Source of the DNA: a virus
Virus record (IMG/VR): IMGVR_UViG_3300043466_001817
Span: 1-64,000 of that record
DNA: 64,000 nt
Strand: one strand, 5' to 3'
Below, one piece after another: positions 1-10,741 of the stretch. A model generated the notes under the pieces. That model saw only the letters and a list, made by a program, of their open reading frames with translations. It searched no databases and had not been told where the DNA came from. Position numbers and translations under genes: made by a program. Within the stretch, counting starts at the first letter, position 1, and every line of letters begins with the position of its first letter.

Positions 1-450
1 CCAAGGCATCCAAGGGAACACTGGAGCAACTGGTGCCACTGGAGCAACTGGTGCCACTGGTGCTCAAGGCATTCAAGGCATTCAAGGAAACACTGGTGCC
101 ACTGGTGCCACTGGTGCCACTGGAGCCCAAGGCATTCAAGGAAACACTGGTGCCACTGGTGCCACTGGAGCCCAAGGTATCCAAGGGAACACTGGAGCAA
201 CTGGTGCTACTGGAGCCCAAGGTATCCAAGGGAACACTGGAGCAACTGGTGCTACTGGAGCCCAAGGTATCCAAGGGAACACTGGAGCAACTGGTGCCAC
301 TGGAGCAACTGGTGCCACTGGAGCCCAAGGTATCCAAGGGAACACTGGAGCAACTGGTGCCACTGGAGCCCAAGGCATCCAAGGGAACACTGGAGCAACT
401 GGTGCCACTGGAGCCCAAGGCATCCAAGGAAACACTGGTGCCACTGGTCC
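1..450 (+). repeat. Tandem 9/18/36-bp repeats encoding collagen triplets (second tract at about 1075-1370)
   Basis: Repeated actggtgcc / actggagca / caaggcatcc units. A 65-bp block at 440-504 is identical to 1358-1422. Confidence 0.95.
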
Positions 451-2764
451 AGTTGGAGATTATGTAATATCATTTAACGGACTGACAGGTGCAGTTACTG
501 GTGTTTCTTCTGTAAATGGTGTTACCGGAGCGGTTACAAATATTGCAGTAACAAACGCAGCTCAAACATTTAGTGGATTGCAATCATTTAGCACGGGAAT
601 TTGTGCTGCTGGATTTACATTTACTGGAAATACATTCTATACAAATTCTTATTTTGCTATAACTACTCCTCTTGTTGGATCAGAAGCTCCGGGCCAAACC
701 AGCATAATATTGAATGCTGGAGATGGTAATATCTCCCCCGATCCAAATTACGTTAAATTTAATACTACAACAGTAGATTTTGGAGCGGCTGGATTGAGTG
801 GATACGTAGTCACATCTGTAAAGGCTCCAAATACAGGAACTCCAATTTATGGAGATGTGATAATAAATGGTTCGGCATACATAGGTGCCGCAAGTTCATC
901 AAAAACCATAACATTAACCAATAATGGTGTTCAAACATTTAATGGATCTACTGGAAACGTTGTTGGGGTTAACAGAGTAAATGGTCTAACTGGTATAGTT
1001 GGATTATCTGCTGGATCTAATATAACAATTTCTACTAGTGGAAATACATTAACAATTTCTGCTGCAGTGCTTATTGGTGCAACTGGAGCCACTGGTGCAA
1101 CTGGAGCCACTGGAGCCACTGGTGCCCAAGGCATCCAAGGAAACACTGGAGCCACTGGAGCCACTGGAGCCACTGGTGCCCAAGGCATTCAAGGAATTCA
1201 AGGAAACACTGGTGGTACAGGTCCTCAAGGCATCCAAGGAAACACTGGAGCCACTGGTGCCACTGGAGCTCAAGGCATCCAAGGCATCCAAGGAAACACT
1301 GGAGCCACTGGAGCCACTGGAGCCACTGGAGCCCAAGGCATCCAAGGAAATACTGGAGCCACTGGTCCAGTTGGAGATTATGTAATATCATTTAACGGAC
1401 TGACAGGTGCAGTTACTGGTGTAACTACAGGATCTGCAAATACTTTTGGCCCACTTCAAAGTTTTACAAATGGAATATCGTTTGCTGGAGCAACCTTCTC
1501 TGGCGTGATGCGAGGATCTGGATCTATAAGAAGCACCGGAGATGTAACGGTTTTTAGAAGTGGTGCGTTTAACACATCAGTTACAGTTGGAAACAATTCT
1601 GTTTCTTTCTATGAATCTGATATTGTTGGTGCTACATTATCTTTGACAGGTATTGCTACAAGCGGAGATGTAACAATAACAATACCGGGTTCCGTATCAA
1701 CGACTTTGGCTGGATTAGGAAATTCACAAACTTTTTCTGGAACTAACACATTTAGTTCTATCATAGCGGCAAATGGTGGTTTGTCCGCTGCAGGATCTAC
1801 CTTTACGGGATTAATAAGAGCATCTGCTGGTATATGTGCATCCGGTGGAACTTTTAGTGGAACACAAACTTTTGTAAGCGGAGCTACATTTAGTTCAAAT
1901 ATAAATTTACAGAACACAGAATTTATTCGAAATACAACAAATGGAAGAGTAGATATAATGCCCGCTCCATCAGGAACTACGGCATTTGGAATGTATTTTG
2001 ACACGACATCATGGGGATTTGGCGTTATTATGGGAACTGTTCGTTCATCGGACAGCGCAATTAATACTGGTGGTAATTTTAGATTCGATGTTCCGATTAC
2101 AATACTCAATGATACCAGATTCCAATTGGGTTCTGATGGTCACTATGGATTATATCGTACAGATACCGGAAACAATACTGCACAACTTTTTGCACTGTCT
2201 AATAATGCAAATAATAGCGGTGCATTTGCTATTGTAGGTTATTTTGATGTTGGAAGTGCAAATAGAAGCCCCGGAATCACACACGTAAATCCAAATCTTT
2301 ATATTTACGCAAATGGTGTTACAAGCGCAAATGATTTTATAAGATTTGAACACGATATTGCAAATGGAAATATAGTATCTGGTGGAACTAGTGGAATTTC
2401 AATCCAACCCGGTTCCGGTACTGTTGGTGTATCTGGATCTATTTCTTCAAGTGGATTTATTTTAAATTCATCTGGTATTAAAAATTTAACAGGAGTTACA
2501 TACACGTTATTGTCAGCAGACAATGGAGATGTATTGACAATAAATGCTGCTGGTGGCTCAACCTTTACAGTTCCATCGGGTCTGCCAGTAGGATATAGCG
2601 TAACAATAATAAATCTAAGCACAAACGGTGTAGGTATAACATCGGCGTCTGGAGTTACTTTAAATAGTTATACCAGCAAATATGCAATTGCTGGTCAGCA
2701 TGCTGCGGTTGGTTTGATTTCTTATGCTACAAACATTTTTAACTTATCAGGTGGATTAACGTAA
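2..2764 (+). CDS. Collagen-like (Gly-X-Y) tail fibre protein, 5'-truncated by the window edge
   Basis: The frame of ORF 578..2764 stays open back to base 2 ([15 protein letters not shown]...). It has two [12 protein letters not shown] collagen tracts, [11 protein letters not shown] fibre motifs and a C-terminal YTLLSADNG...TVPSGLPVG fibre-tip-like domain. Confidence 0.85.
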   Translation, partial: QGIQGNTGATGATGATGATGAQGIQGIQGNTGATGATGATGAQGIQGNTGATGATGAQGIQGNTGATGATGAQGIQGNTGATGATGAQGIQGNTGATGATGATGATGAQGIQGNTGATGATGAQGIQGNTGATGATGAQGIQGNTGATGPVGDYVISFNGLTGAVTGVSSVNGVTGAVTNIAVTNAAQTFSGLQSFSTGICAAGFTFTGNTFYTNSYFAITTPLVGSEAPGQTSIILNAGDGNISPDPNYVKFNTTTVDFGAAGLSGYVVTSVKAPNTGTPIYGDVIINGSAYIGAASSSKTITLTNNGVQTFNGSTGNVVGVNRVNGLTGIVGLSAGSNITISTSGNTLTISAAVLIGATGATGATGATGATGAQGIQGNTGATGATGATGAQGIQGIQGNTGGTGPQGIQGNTGATGATGAQGIQGIQGNTGATGATGATGAQGIQGNTGATGPVGDYVISFNGLTGAVTGVTTGSANTFGPLQSFTNGISFAGATFSGVMRGSGSIRSTGDVTVFRSGAFNTSVTVGNNSVSFYESDIVGATLSLTGIATSGDVTITIPGSVSTTLAGLGNSQTFSGTNTFSSIIAANGGLSAAGSTFTGLIRASAGICASGGTFSGTQTFVSGATFSSNINLQNTEFIRNTTNGRVDIMPAPSGTTAFGMYFDTTSWGFGVIMGTVRSSDSAINTGGNFRFDVPITILNDTRFQLGSDGHYGLYRTDTGNNTAQLFALSNNANNSGAFAIVGYFDVGSANRSPGITHVNPNLYIYANGVTSANDFIRFEHDIANGNIVSGGTSGISIQPGSGTVGVSGSISSSGFILNSSGIKNLTGVTYTLLSADNGDVLTINAAGGSTFTVPSGLPVGYSVTIINLSTNGVGITSASGVTLNSYTSKYAIAGQHAAVGLISYATNIFNLSGGLT

Positions 2765-5049
2765 TGTTTCTGCCCAATTTAAGAAGTCTAGTTTTAAGAA
2801 TAATATTGCCAATAATCAGTGGACCGACACCTCCGGGACCAACTGGGCCTACTGCAAGTACATTTTTATTTGTTAATGGTAGACAAATAACATCCAATCA
2901 TGGTTTAAATGAAAATATTGGAACTTTATCATCAGACAATCCAAGACAAGTTGGAGCAAACAATTGGGCTGTTCTGGCAAAAGGTGTAAACGTTAGTTCG
3001 TCTGGATTTATGGTTGCTATAAGATCTGGAGGATCTTTATGGTCATGGGGTGCGGGGACTATTGGACAAACAGGATTATCTACCATATTAACAAGAAGTA
3101 GCCCATCACAAATAGGTTCTTTTACAGATTGGTCAAAAATTTCTGCTGGCACATATACGTGTGCAGGTGTGAGGACAAATGGTACTTTATGGGCTTGGGG
3201 AAGGAATAATTTTGGACAACTTGGTCAAGGAAATGTAACTATTAGATCAAGTCCTGTTCAAATTGGATCTGATACAAATTGGTCCGATGTACTTGTAGGT
3301 GAATATCATTGCATAGCATTAAAAACTAATGGAACATTATGGACATGGGGAAATAATGCTAGCGGACAATTAGGTTTAGGTGTAGCGGGTACAGGACAAA
3401 GTGTTCCTGTTCAAATAGGAACTGGAACAAATTGGTCTAAAATAGCAATCGGATCAAGAAGTAGTGGTGCAATAACAAATACTGGTCAATTATGGGTTTG
3501 GGGTTTTAATGGATATGGTATGTTGGGTTTGGGAGATACCGTCAATAGATCATCACCAGTACAAGTTGGTGCTTTAACAGATTGGAATTCTTTATCTTTT
3601 GGCTCTACAAACTATGGTAGCAGACACGCAGCGGCAACTAAAACAAATGGAACTCTTTGGACGTGGGGAACTAATAATTATGGACAGTTAGGCCAAAATA
3701 ACACAACAAACAGATCAAGTCCGGTTCAGGTTGGAACTGACACATCATGGTCCTTGGCAGAAGTTTTTAGATATGGATTTTTAGCAATAAAAACAGGCAC
3801 TCTTTGGTTTTCTGGAAGAAATACATATGGTCAGCTGGGATATAGAATATCAATTCGTGGTTCTAATTTGTCACCCATACAAGTAGGAACTGCAACTGGT
3901 TGGACATCATCTCCCGGAAAACTTACAACAGCATATGGATGTCATGCTATTGGCAATACTGGTGGTTTGTGGGCATGGGGAAATAATACTTCAGGACAGT
4001 TGGGATTTAATGATACTACTAATAGATCTTTACCAACTTTAGTAAGCGGAGTAACATCTTGGAATGCAGTATCACATTATTATCAGGCAGGAGTCAGAAG
4101 GGCATTAGGAGGAAGAACAGATGGAACATTATGGGCATGGGGTTCGAATGCTAGCGGTCAATTAGGTTTAGGTAATGTAACACAAAGAAATTCACCTGTA
4201 CAAATTGGAACTGGAACTGGATGGGGGATTACGGGTGGCCAATTTAGCGCTGCTCCTGATTTTTCTATAGCAGTAAAAACTGATGGAACCTTGTGGGCGT
4301 GGGGATTGGGGTCATATGGTATGTTGGGTTTGGGTGATACTGTTAGTAGATCATCACCAGTTCAAGTTGGTGCTTTAACAGATTGGTCAAAAGTTTCTTG
4401 TGCCAGAAGACATACTTTAGCATTAAAAACTAATGGAACGTTGTGGGCATGGGGTTTGAATAGTAATGGTCAATTAGGCCAAAACAATGTAACAAATACA
4501 TCAAGTCCAGTCCAAATTGGGACAGCAACTGATTGGGCATTTATTTTTGCTGGTTATAGTACCTCACACGCAATAAAAACAAATGGAACTCTTTGGGCGT
4601 GGGGAAATGCATCATCGTCGCGTTTAGGATTTGGCGGTTATGGAAATTATACTTCACCGAGACAAGTTGGTTCACTGACAGATTGGTCAAAAGTTTATAG
4701 TTCTACTGGACACACAGTCGCAATAAAAACAAATGGAACTCTTTGGGTATGGGGATTTGCTACTTATGGTAGACTTGGATTAAATGATGGTGTTAATAGA
4801 ATTAGTCCAGTGCAAATAGGTTCAGAAACAAACTGGGGAGTTGCAAAACCGGGTGCAGCACACACAGTTGCAATAAAAACAAATGGAACTCTTTGGGCTT
4901 GGGGACTTCACTCAGGTGGAAGATGTGCATTTGCTGGAACTGCAAATTATGCTGCTAATATCTCTTCTCCAGTTCAAGTAGGTTCTCTAAATACATGGAG
5001 TAACGTTTCTCCAAGATTTACTGATACTGTTTTTGGATTAAAAACTTAA
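2764..5049 (+). CDS. RCC1-repeat beta-propeller protein, probably tail or receptor associated
   Basis: About 13 repeats of AIKTNGTLWAWGxNxxGQLG...RSSPVQ(V/I)G; directly follows the fibre gene. Confidence 0.9.
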   Translation: MFLPNLRSLVLRIILPIISGPTPPGPTGPTASTFLFVNGRQITSNHGLNENIGTLSSDNPRQVGANNWAVLAKGVNVSSSGFMVAIRSGGSLWSWGAGTIGQTGLSTILTRSSPSQIGSFTDWSKISAGTYTCAGVRTNGTLWAWGRNNFGQLGQGNVTIRSSPVQIGSDTNWSDVLVGEYHCIALKTNGTLWTWGNNASGQLGLGVAGTGQSVPVQIGTGTNWSKIAIGSRSSGAITNTGQLWVWGFNGYGMLGLGDTVNRSSPVQVGALTDWNSLSFGSTNYGSRHAAATKTNGTLWTWGTNNYGQLGQNNTTNRSSPVQVGTDTSWSLAEVFRYGFLAIKTGTLWFSGRNTYGQLGYRISIRGSNLSPIQVGTATGWTSSPGKLTTAYGCHAIGNTGGLWAWGNNTSGQLGFNDTTNRSLPTLVSGVTSWNAVSHYYQAGVRRALGGRTDGTLWAWGSNASGQLGLGNVTQRNSPVQIGTGTGWGITGGQFSAAPDFSIAVKTDGTLWAWGLGSYGMLGLGDTVSRSSPVQVGALTDWSKVSCARRHTLALKTNGTLWAWGLNSNGQLGQNNVTNTSSPVQIGTATDWAFIFAGYSTSHAIKTNGTLWAWGNASSSRLGFGGYGNYTSPRQVGSLTDWSKVYSSTGHTVAIKTNGTLWVWGFATYGRLGLNDGVNRISPVQIGSETNWGVAKPGAAHTVAIKTNGTLWAWGLHSGGRCAFAGTANYAANISSPVQVGSLNTWSNVSPRFTDTVFGLKT

Positions 5050-5071
5050 TTTATATTGTTTAATTTTTACT

Positions 5072-6835
5072 ATGAAACATAAAATTTATTTTCTTTCAGG
5101 ATTACCAAGAAGTGGTTCTACTGTAGTATCTTCTATTTTAAATCAACATCCACAAATTTATTCAAGTTCAACTAGTGGATTAATTGATATAATGGGTGCC
5201 ATATGTATGGCATGGGAAGAATCCCCATCCACCATAGCACAATCTTCCAATAAAGAAGAAGTTTATAGAATATTAAGATCTACTATAGAGAGCAAATACG
5301 AATTAATAGATAAACAAATAATAATAGATAAAAACAGAGGTTGGGCAAATCCAACAATAATGGAAACAATAAAAAATGTTTTAGGTTATGAACCAAAAAT
5401 TATAGCAACTGTAAGGCATCCAGCAGATTGCACGGCTTCCTTTGTGCGAGTGGCAAAACCAGAAAATTTAGATAATTTTTTAAGAAATTCCGAATTAATA
5501 AAACATTTAAAATCATCTTATGCAACATTAAAAAATGGATTTGAAAATAAACCTAATAATTTTTGTTTTGTAGACTATGATGATTTTTTATTAAATCCAC
5601 AAAAAGAGATGGATAAAATTTGCAAATTTTTAGATATAGAATCATTTAATTTTGATTTTAATAATATTGATACGGAAGTTGTGTCTGAAAAAGATGAAGA
5701 GGCATGGGGTATACCAAATCTACACAAAATATCTCCAAAATTGGGAAAACAAAATAATCAAAATTCAAAAGACGTTTTAGGATATCAATATGATAATTTT
5801 GATCCTCCAAAATTTTGGAAAGGTGAAACACACAATAATGTAGAAAGAAAAAAAATAGACATATCCGTAGAATTATCAATGAAAGGTAATTTTGAAAAAT
5901 CATATGAAGTGATTTGTGAAGCAGCAAAAGAAAATCCTAATTGCAATAAAATTGCATTCAATATGGGGTGGTATGCTCTAAGACAAAATAAACTTCAAGA
6001 AGGAATGAATCTCCTTGCTAGAGGAAGATATGAAAATTGTTTTGGAAACCCAAAACCGGACGTTCCAACTCCAATATGGGATGGAAAAACTATAGGGACA
6101 GTTTTATATTATCTTGAAGGTGGTTTGGGAGATCAAATACATTCTTTAAAATACGTTGAAGATATTAATAAAAGGGGATGTGATGTAATTGTCGCATGTG
6201 CTCCAGAACTATTTTCCTTAGCTCGTTCATGTAAAGGTGTTAAAGTTGTATGTGAACAAAAAGCGGCTGGTGGAATATATCATGATTTTTGGGTACCGGG
6301 AATGTCAGTATTGATTCCTTTGGGGTATGAATATTGCGATATAAGTGGTAAACCATTCATACCAAGAACAAAGATAGTAAAAAATAAAAAACCAGTAATA
6401 GGAGTTAGATGGCAGGGAAATCCAAAATTTGAACACGAACAAAATAGAAAATTTCCTCTAGAACCATTCTTTAATGCATTAAAAAATATAGATGCAAATT
6501 TTATTTGTCTGCAAAGAGACGAAGGCGAAGAGCACTGCCCAGATTTTATTAAAAAGGTTTCTTTAAATAATTGGGAAGAAACAAGAGATGCAATCTCTAA
6601 TTGTGATTTAGTTATTAGTTCATGTACAAGTATTGCACATCTTGCGGCTGCAATGGGGGTAGAAACATGGATAATTATTCCTGTTTTGAACTATTATTTA
6701 TGGGGAGTTCCAGGCAATAAATCACCATTTTATGATTCATTGACTCTTTTTAGACAAGAAAAATTTGGTTGTTGGGAAGCACCTATAAATAAATTAAAAG
6801 TGCAATTACAGCATAAATACGGTGAGGAGAAATAA
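5072..6835 (+). CDS. Sulfotransferase + TPR-like + GT9-like glycosyltransferase fusion
   Basis: N-terminal SGLPRSGST PAPS-binding loop; C-terminal EGGLGDQI and DLVISSCTSIAHLAAAMG motifs of the GT-B/GT9 type. Confidence 0.8.
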   Translation: MKHKIYFLSGLPRSGSTVVSSILNQHPQIYSSSTSGLIDIMGAICMAWEESPSTIAQSSNKEEVYRILRSTIESKYELIDKQIIIDKNRGWANPTIMETIKNVLGYEPKIIATVRHPADCTASFVRVAKPENLDNFLRNSELIKHLKSSYATLKNGFENKPNNFCFVDYDDFLLNPQKEMDKICKFLDIESFNFDFNNIDTEVVSEKDEEAWGIPNLHKISPKLGKQNNQNSKDVLGYQYDNFDPPKFWKGETHNNVERKKIDISVELSMKGNFEKSYEVICEAAKENPNCNKIAFNMGWYALRQNKLQEGMNLLARGRYENCFGNPKPDVPTPIWDGKTIGTVLYYLEGGLGDQIHSLKYVEDINKRGCDVIVACAPELFSLARSCKGVKVVCEQKAAGGIYHDFWVPGMSVLIPLGYEYCDISGKPFIPRTKIVKNKKPVIGVRWQGNPKFEHEQNRKFPLEPFFNALKNIDANFICLQRDEGEEHCPDFIKKVSLNNWEETRDAISNCDLVISSCTSIAHLAAAMGVETWIIIPVLNYYLWGVPGNKSPFYDSLTLFRQEKFGCWEAPINKLKVQLQHKYGEEK

Positions 6836-6838
6836 AAA

Positions 6839-7261
6839 ATGGCAAAATTTGTAAGAATAGAAAATGATCAAATTATAGAATGTTTGGATTACCTTCCACA
6901 CAATCATCAAGGAGATTGGAGAGAAGCAATCGATATTGTACCACATCTAATCCCATTTAAACAAATACAAGGCCCACATTCATTTGATATATCAAAAACA
7001 CCAGTTGAAATTGTTTGGAGTGTAATTGATCTAACATTAGATGAAAGAAAACAAACTATTGTTAGTATTACAACAGGTGAACTTCAAAATGAAGTTGGGA
7101 AAGAATTAAATAAAGATTTATCAGATGCAAATCAAAATATAAATTTTCAACTAATAGAAAGTTTAGTTAATCAAATTAGAAGCAAAAAATTTGAAATTGA
7201 TGCAATTCAAACTCACGAAGAGATGGATCAGTATATCCAAAATAATAATATTGTGCCCTGA
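6839..7261 (+). CDS. Hypothetical protein, possibly a fibre-assembly chaperone
   Basis: 140-aa ORF tightly packed in the operon; function inferred from context only. Confidence 0.55.
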   Translation: MAKFVRIENDQIIECLDYLPHNHQGDWREAIDIVPHLIPFKQIQGPHSFDISKTPVEIVWSVIDLTLDERKQTIVSITTGELQNEVGKELNKDLSDANQNINFQLIESLVNQIRSKKFEIDAIQTHEEMDQYIQNNNIVP

Positions 7262-8649
7262 TGCGTATAGCGTTTACAATAATTCATAACGGACTACATC
7301 ACTTAAAACACAACAACCAAGCTCAAAATATTTTAAAATTTTGTGATAAATGGATTGTTGTAGAAGGTGCTGCAAAATCAAATGGCAGCACTCAGTGGTG
7401 TAAATCATTTCCAGAGCATTTGCATAATAACGGTGCAAGCATAGATGGTACTTGTGAGTTTTTAGAAGATTTATCTAAACAAACAGATAAATTGGTATAC
7501 ATTAAATCAAATGGATTTTGGAATTCTAAAGATGATCAGGTTAACAGAGCCATACAAGAAGTTAAAAAGATAACAGATAAATGTTTTCTTTGGGAGATAG
7601 ACGCAGACGAACAATGGACTTCGGAAGCGATGGATATCGCTGAGAAAGAATTGTCTGAACTTTCAGGTATATCTGCAACATTCAGAGCCGATTGTTATGT
7701 TGGCAAAAATTTAAAAGCATTAGGTGAGTGGGGAGAAGCAAAAAGTTGCGGATACATAAGACTCTGGAAATGGAGTGGACAAAACTTTATTTGCCACGAA
7801 CCTCCAATTTTAGAGGGCGCTGGAATGAATCCAGCAATGTTATCTCCTAGATTCAAACACTACAATTATTATTTTAAAAAAGATGTAATTTTTAAAGATC
7901 TTTGGTATGGTGGTCACGAAGGAATACTGGAACGATGGAAACTTTTAAATTCATTACATGAAAAGTTCTTTCCACTTCATATATCAAATCTTATTACTGG
8001 TGATTGGGGAAAATCCAGTGCTGCTATAATTTATTCTAATGAAGATGAAAGAAGAGTTGTACAGATTGGCGCCAATATAGGTTATGATGCTGTAAGTGCA
8101 TTTTTACTCTTAAACAAATGTTCATGTATTTTTGTAGAACCAAATCCATATGCGCTAGAAATACTTAAAGAATGTTATAAAGAAAATGACAATTATTATT
8201 TTGAAAACGTCGCAGTTTCAAATTATAATGGTTTGATAAACATGTATTTTAATGACATTGATTGTGTAAATTCTGATTCCGCTCATAGTTCAGTATCACT
8301 TAATCATGTAATAGCACATAAAGAAAACAATATGGAAAATATCACCACCAGATTGGTTTCTTGTGTTACAATTGAAAATTTGTTAAAGAAGTATGATTGG
8401 CTGGATAAAGATATAGAATATCTTGTAATGGACACCGAGGGACATGATTGCGATATAATTCTTTCTACAAATTTTAATAAATTGAAAGTAAAAAATGTCT
8501 GCTTTGAAATAACACATTCAGATGGTCCGTTTATTAATGGTAAAAAATTAGAGAAAACAATTGAATATTTAAATTCATTTGGATATAGAATGAACTCCAA
8601 CAGTTCAAATAATTGTAATGTTACTTTCACACTATGTGAAGAGGTTTAA
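7261..8649 (+). CDS. GT-A glycosyltransferase-like + FkbM-family methyltransferase fusion
   Basis: IVVEGA and EIDADE (DxD) motifs; C-terminal VQIGANIG, FVEPNP and MDTEGHD FkbM motifs. Confidence 0.75.
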   Translation: MRIAFTIIHNGLHHLKHNNQAQNILKFCDKWIVVEGAAKSNGSTQWCKSFPEHLHNNGASIDGTCEFLEDLSKQTDKLVYIKSNGFWNSKDDQVNRAIQEVKKITDKCFLWEIDADEQWTSEAMDIAEKELSELSGISATFRADCYVGKNLKALGEWGEAKSCGYIRLWKWSGQNFICHEPPILEGAGMNPAMLSPRFKHYNYYFKKDVIFKDLWYGGHEGILERWKLLNSLHEKFFPLHISNLITGDWGKSSAAIIYSNEDERRVVQIGANIGYDAVSAFLLLNKCSCIFVEPNPYALEILKECYKENDNYYFENVAVSNYNGLINMYFNDIDCVNSDSAHSSVSLNHVIAHKENNMENITTRLVSCVTIENLLKKYDWLDKDIEYLVMDTEGHDCDIILSTNFNKLKVKNVCFEITHSDGPFINGKKLEKTIEYLNSFGYRMNSNSSNNCNVTFTLCEEV

Positions 8650-9552
8650 ATGTTTATAGTTACTGGTGCTCAAGGATTTATTGGAAGTCGAATGGTAAAG
8701 TATCTCAATTCAAAGGGAATTGATGATATCTGTGTTATTGATGATGTTGAAATCGATGAAGTTAGAGGATATGCAACAAAAGTAAATTACACAAATTTAC
8801 AAGATACTAAATTTAAAAAACTTTATCCAATCATATTGGACGAAAATACTATATTGCCAGAAGACAATATAGAAGCAGTTTTTCATTTTGGTGCTATCTC
8901 CAATACATTAGAAAAAGACTTTGGTAAAATTAAAAAATACAATATTGATTATACATATCAATTGAACCGTGCATGTAAAAAAAGAAATATACCATTAATA
9001 TTCAGTTCTACTGCAGCAATTTATGGAAATGGAAATGGGCCATTAAATTTATATGCGGAATCCAAACTTCAAAATGAAAAAGATATATCAGACTATGCCA
9101 TGTGTTTCAGACTATTCAATGTATATGGTCCTAATGAATCACATAAAGGAAGAATGGCTTCAGTAATTTTTAAATGGTTCAATGAACTTAAAGAAACTAA
9201 CTCAATAAAGATATTTGAAAATTCAAAAGAATACAAAAGAGATTTTATTTTTGTAGATGATGTCTGCAAAACATTTTATAATGCTTACAAAAAATATAAG
9301 CCGGGAATTCGTGATCTTGGAACCGGAACACAAAATAATTTTGATTATGTTGCAGATATTGTAATAAAGGAATATGGTAGTGGAAATAAAAATTATGTAC
9401 CAATGCCAGACGATTTAAAATTACAGTATCAAACAAACACTGAAGCAAAAATTTATAATGATTTGGAATTAAATTTTATTAATATTGAAACCGGAATAAA
9501 AAATTACATTTCACATTTAAAAAATAATTTACTTGTTTCTTCCAATAATTAA
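8650..9552 (+). CDS. hldD: ADP-L-glycero-D-manno-heptose 6-epimerase (extended SDR)
   Basis: IVTGAQGFIGS Rossmann motif, YAESK catalytic motif and the HldD/RfaD-typical FNVYGPNESHKGRMASV. Confidence 0.85.
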   Translation: MFIVTGAQGFIGSRMVKYLNSKGIDDICVIDDVEIDEVRGYATKVNYTNLQDTKFKKLYPIILDENTILPEDNIEAVFHFGAISNTLEKDFGKIKKYNIDYTYQLNRACKKRNIPLIFSSTAAIYGNGNGPLNLYAESKLQNEKDISDYAMCFRLFNVYGPNESHKGRMASVIFKWFNELKETNSIKIFENSKEYKRDFIFVDDVCKTFYNAYKKYKPGIRDLGTGTQNNFDYVADIVIKEYGSGNKNYVPMPDDLKLQYQTNTEAKIYNDLELNFINIETGIKNYISHLKNNLLVSSNN

Positions 9553-9566
9553 GATATATTATAAAC

Positions 9567-10085
9567 ATGTTTCTAGAATATACAAAAGCACATCATACCG
9601 TTGTAGATCCAAATTTTCAAACCAAGATGGCAGCATGTTTTGATCTTGGGGCCTTCATCCCAGCAGATGAAGAAGTCAAAATTTACATTGGAAAGACCCA
9701 GATGTCTGCCAAGCCCCTGCACTGTGGGGAGCGGAATGAGCCCTACATCACCCTGATGCCCATGGAACGGGCTTTAATCCGCACAGGGATCACCTTTAAG
9801 ATCCCTGACGGATACTCCATACGCCTCCATCCACGCTCTGGAATGGCTTTAAAGTATGGTCTGACCCTTGCAAATTGTGAGGGTGTCGTGGACGAAGATT
9901 ACACCTTTGAGACCAAAATTATCATGCTTAACACCAGCAACGATCATGTTAAAATTTACAACAGGGATCGAATTGCTCAGGCTGAACTCGTTAAGTACGA
10001 ACAACCACGGTTCCTAGAGATCTTTGAAACGATCACCAAAGAATCAAATAGAAACGGTGGTTTTGGTTCTACTGGAGTAAACTAA
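9567..10085 (+). CDS. dut: Trimeric dUTPase
   Basis: PRSGMALK, GVVDEDY, RIAQ and RNGGFGSTG motifs. Confidence 0.95.
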   Translation: MFLEYTKAHHTVVDPNFQTKMAACFDLGAFIPADEEVKIYIGKTQMSAKPLHCGERNEPYITLMPMERALIRTGITFKIPDGYSIRLHPRSGMALKYGLTLANCEGVVDEDYTFETKIIMLNTSNDHVKIYNRDRIAQAELVKYEQPRFLEIFETITKESNRNGGFGSTGVN

Positions 10086-10101
10086 TAATACTTTTAAAGT
10101 A

Positions 10102-10722
10102 TTATCCACTTGTAACAATTTGCATAGTCAATATATTACTGCAAGCAATATTTGAATCAGTAACATTAAAAAGTCTAAAAGCTCCATCTGTCTGTGACAA
10201 TACAGTAGTTGCATTTGCAAAAATTTGTATAGTATCACCAGATGCAAATGTAACTGCTCCAGTTGATGTATTTTGTGCCCAAGTTGTCAAAATACCACCA
10301 TTTTTCTTATACTTAATTACTGTTGTATCGATACTTCCAGTAAGAATATCCCATTTTAAGGCAACTGCTGTAGAATTTCCAGAAATTGTAAAGGTTGGTG
10401 TTAGTGCAACATCACCCGAGAGATTGTCAATGTTTTGAGTAGTTGGAGAAAATGTTAGTGTATTTATTGTTGTTGGTGATGATGTAGGAAGAGTAGCGGC
10501 ATCTCCAGTTGCTGTTCCGTAATCCATCATGGCATACATGTCTTGGAATGCGATATTATTCATTTGCATGCCATTACTTGAATTAACCCAAGCATTCAAA
10601 TTATCATTCCAAGCAAAAGGGCCCATTGGAGTTGAAATGATCTTTGGACCATATCCTCTTGTTGGGACTACAGCCTCATTCATGGCTGTAAAAAATGTTT
10701 TCATTGTATCTTTGGCGCCCAT
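10102..10722 (-). CDS. Hypothetical Thr/Ser-rich virion-like protein
   Basis: 206-aa ORF with CTAAATA late-type promoter just upstream (about 10739-10745). Confidence 0.65.
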   Translation of the reverse strand: MGAKDTMKTFFTAMNEAVVPTRGYGPKIISTPMGPFAWNDNLNAWVNSSNGMQMNNIAFQDMYAMMDYGTATGDAATLPTSSPTTINTLTFSPTTQNIDNLSGDVALTPTFTISGNSTAVALKWDILTGSIDTTVIKYKKNGGILTTWAQNTSTGAVTFASGDTIQIFANATTVLSQTDGAFRLFNVTDSNIACSNILTMQIVTSG

Positions 10723-10741
10723 TAATATACCTCTGATATAT

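Noticed and set aside
1-450. Possible CRISPR array
   Set aside because: The repeats are contiguous codon-phase collagen units without unique spacers. The six early-region elements are kb apart and are also not a CRISPR array.
33-1391. Repetitive alternative-frame ORFs (PLEQLV, APVAPV, LQWHQ)
   Set aside because: Off-frame and antisense readings of the collagen repeats.
2764-5049. Eukaryotic or giant-virus origin suggested by RCC1 and collagen repeats
   Set aside because: The surrounding genes, promoters, tRNAs and tmRNA are clearly of T4-like bacteriophage type.
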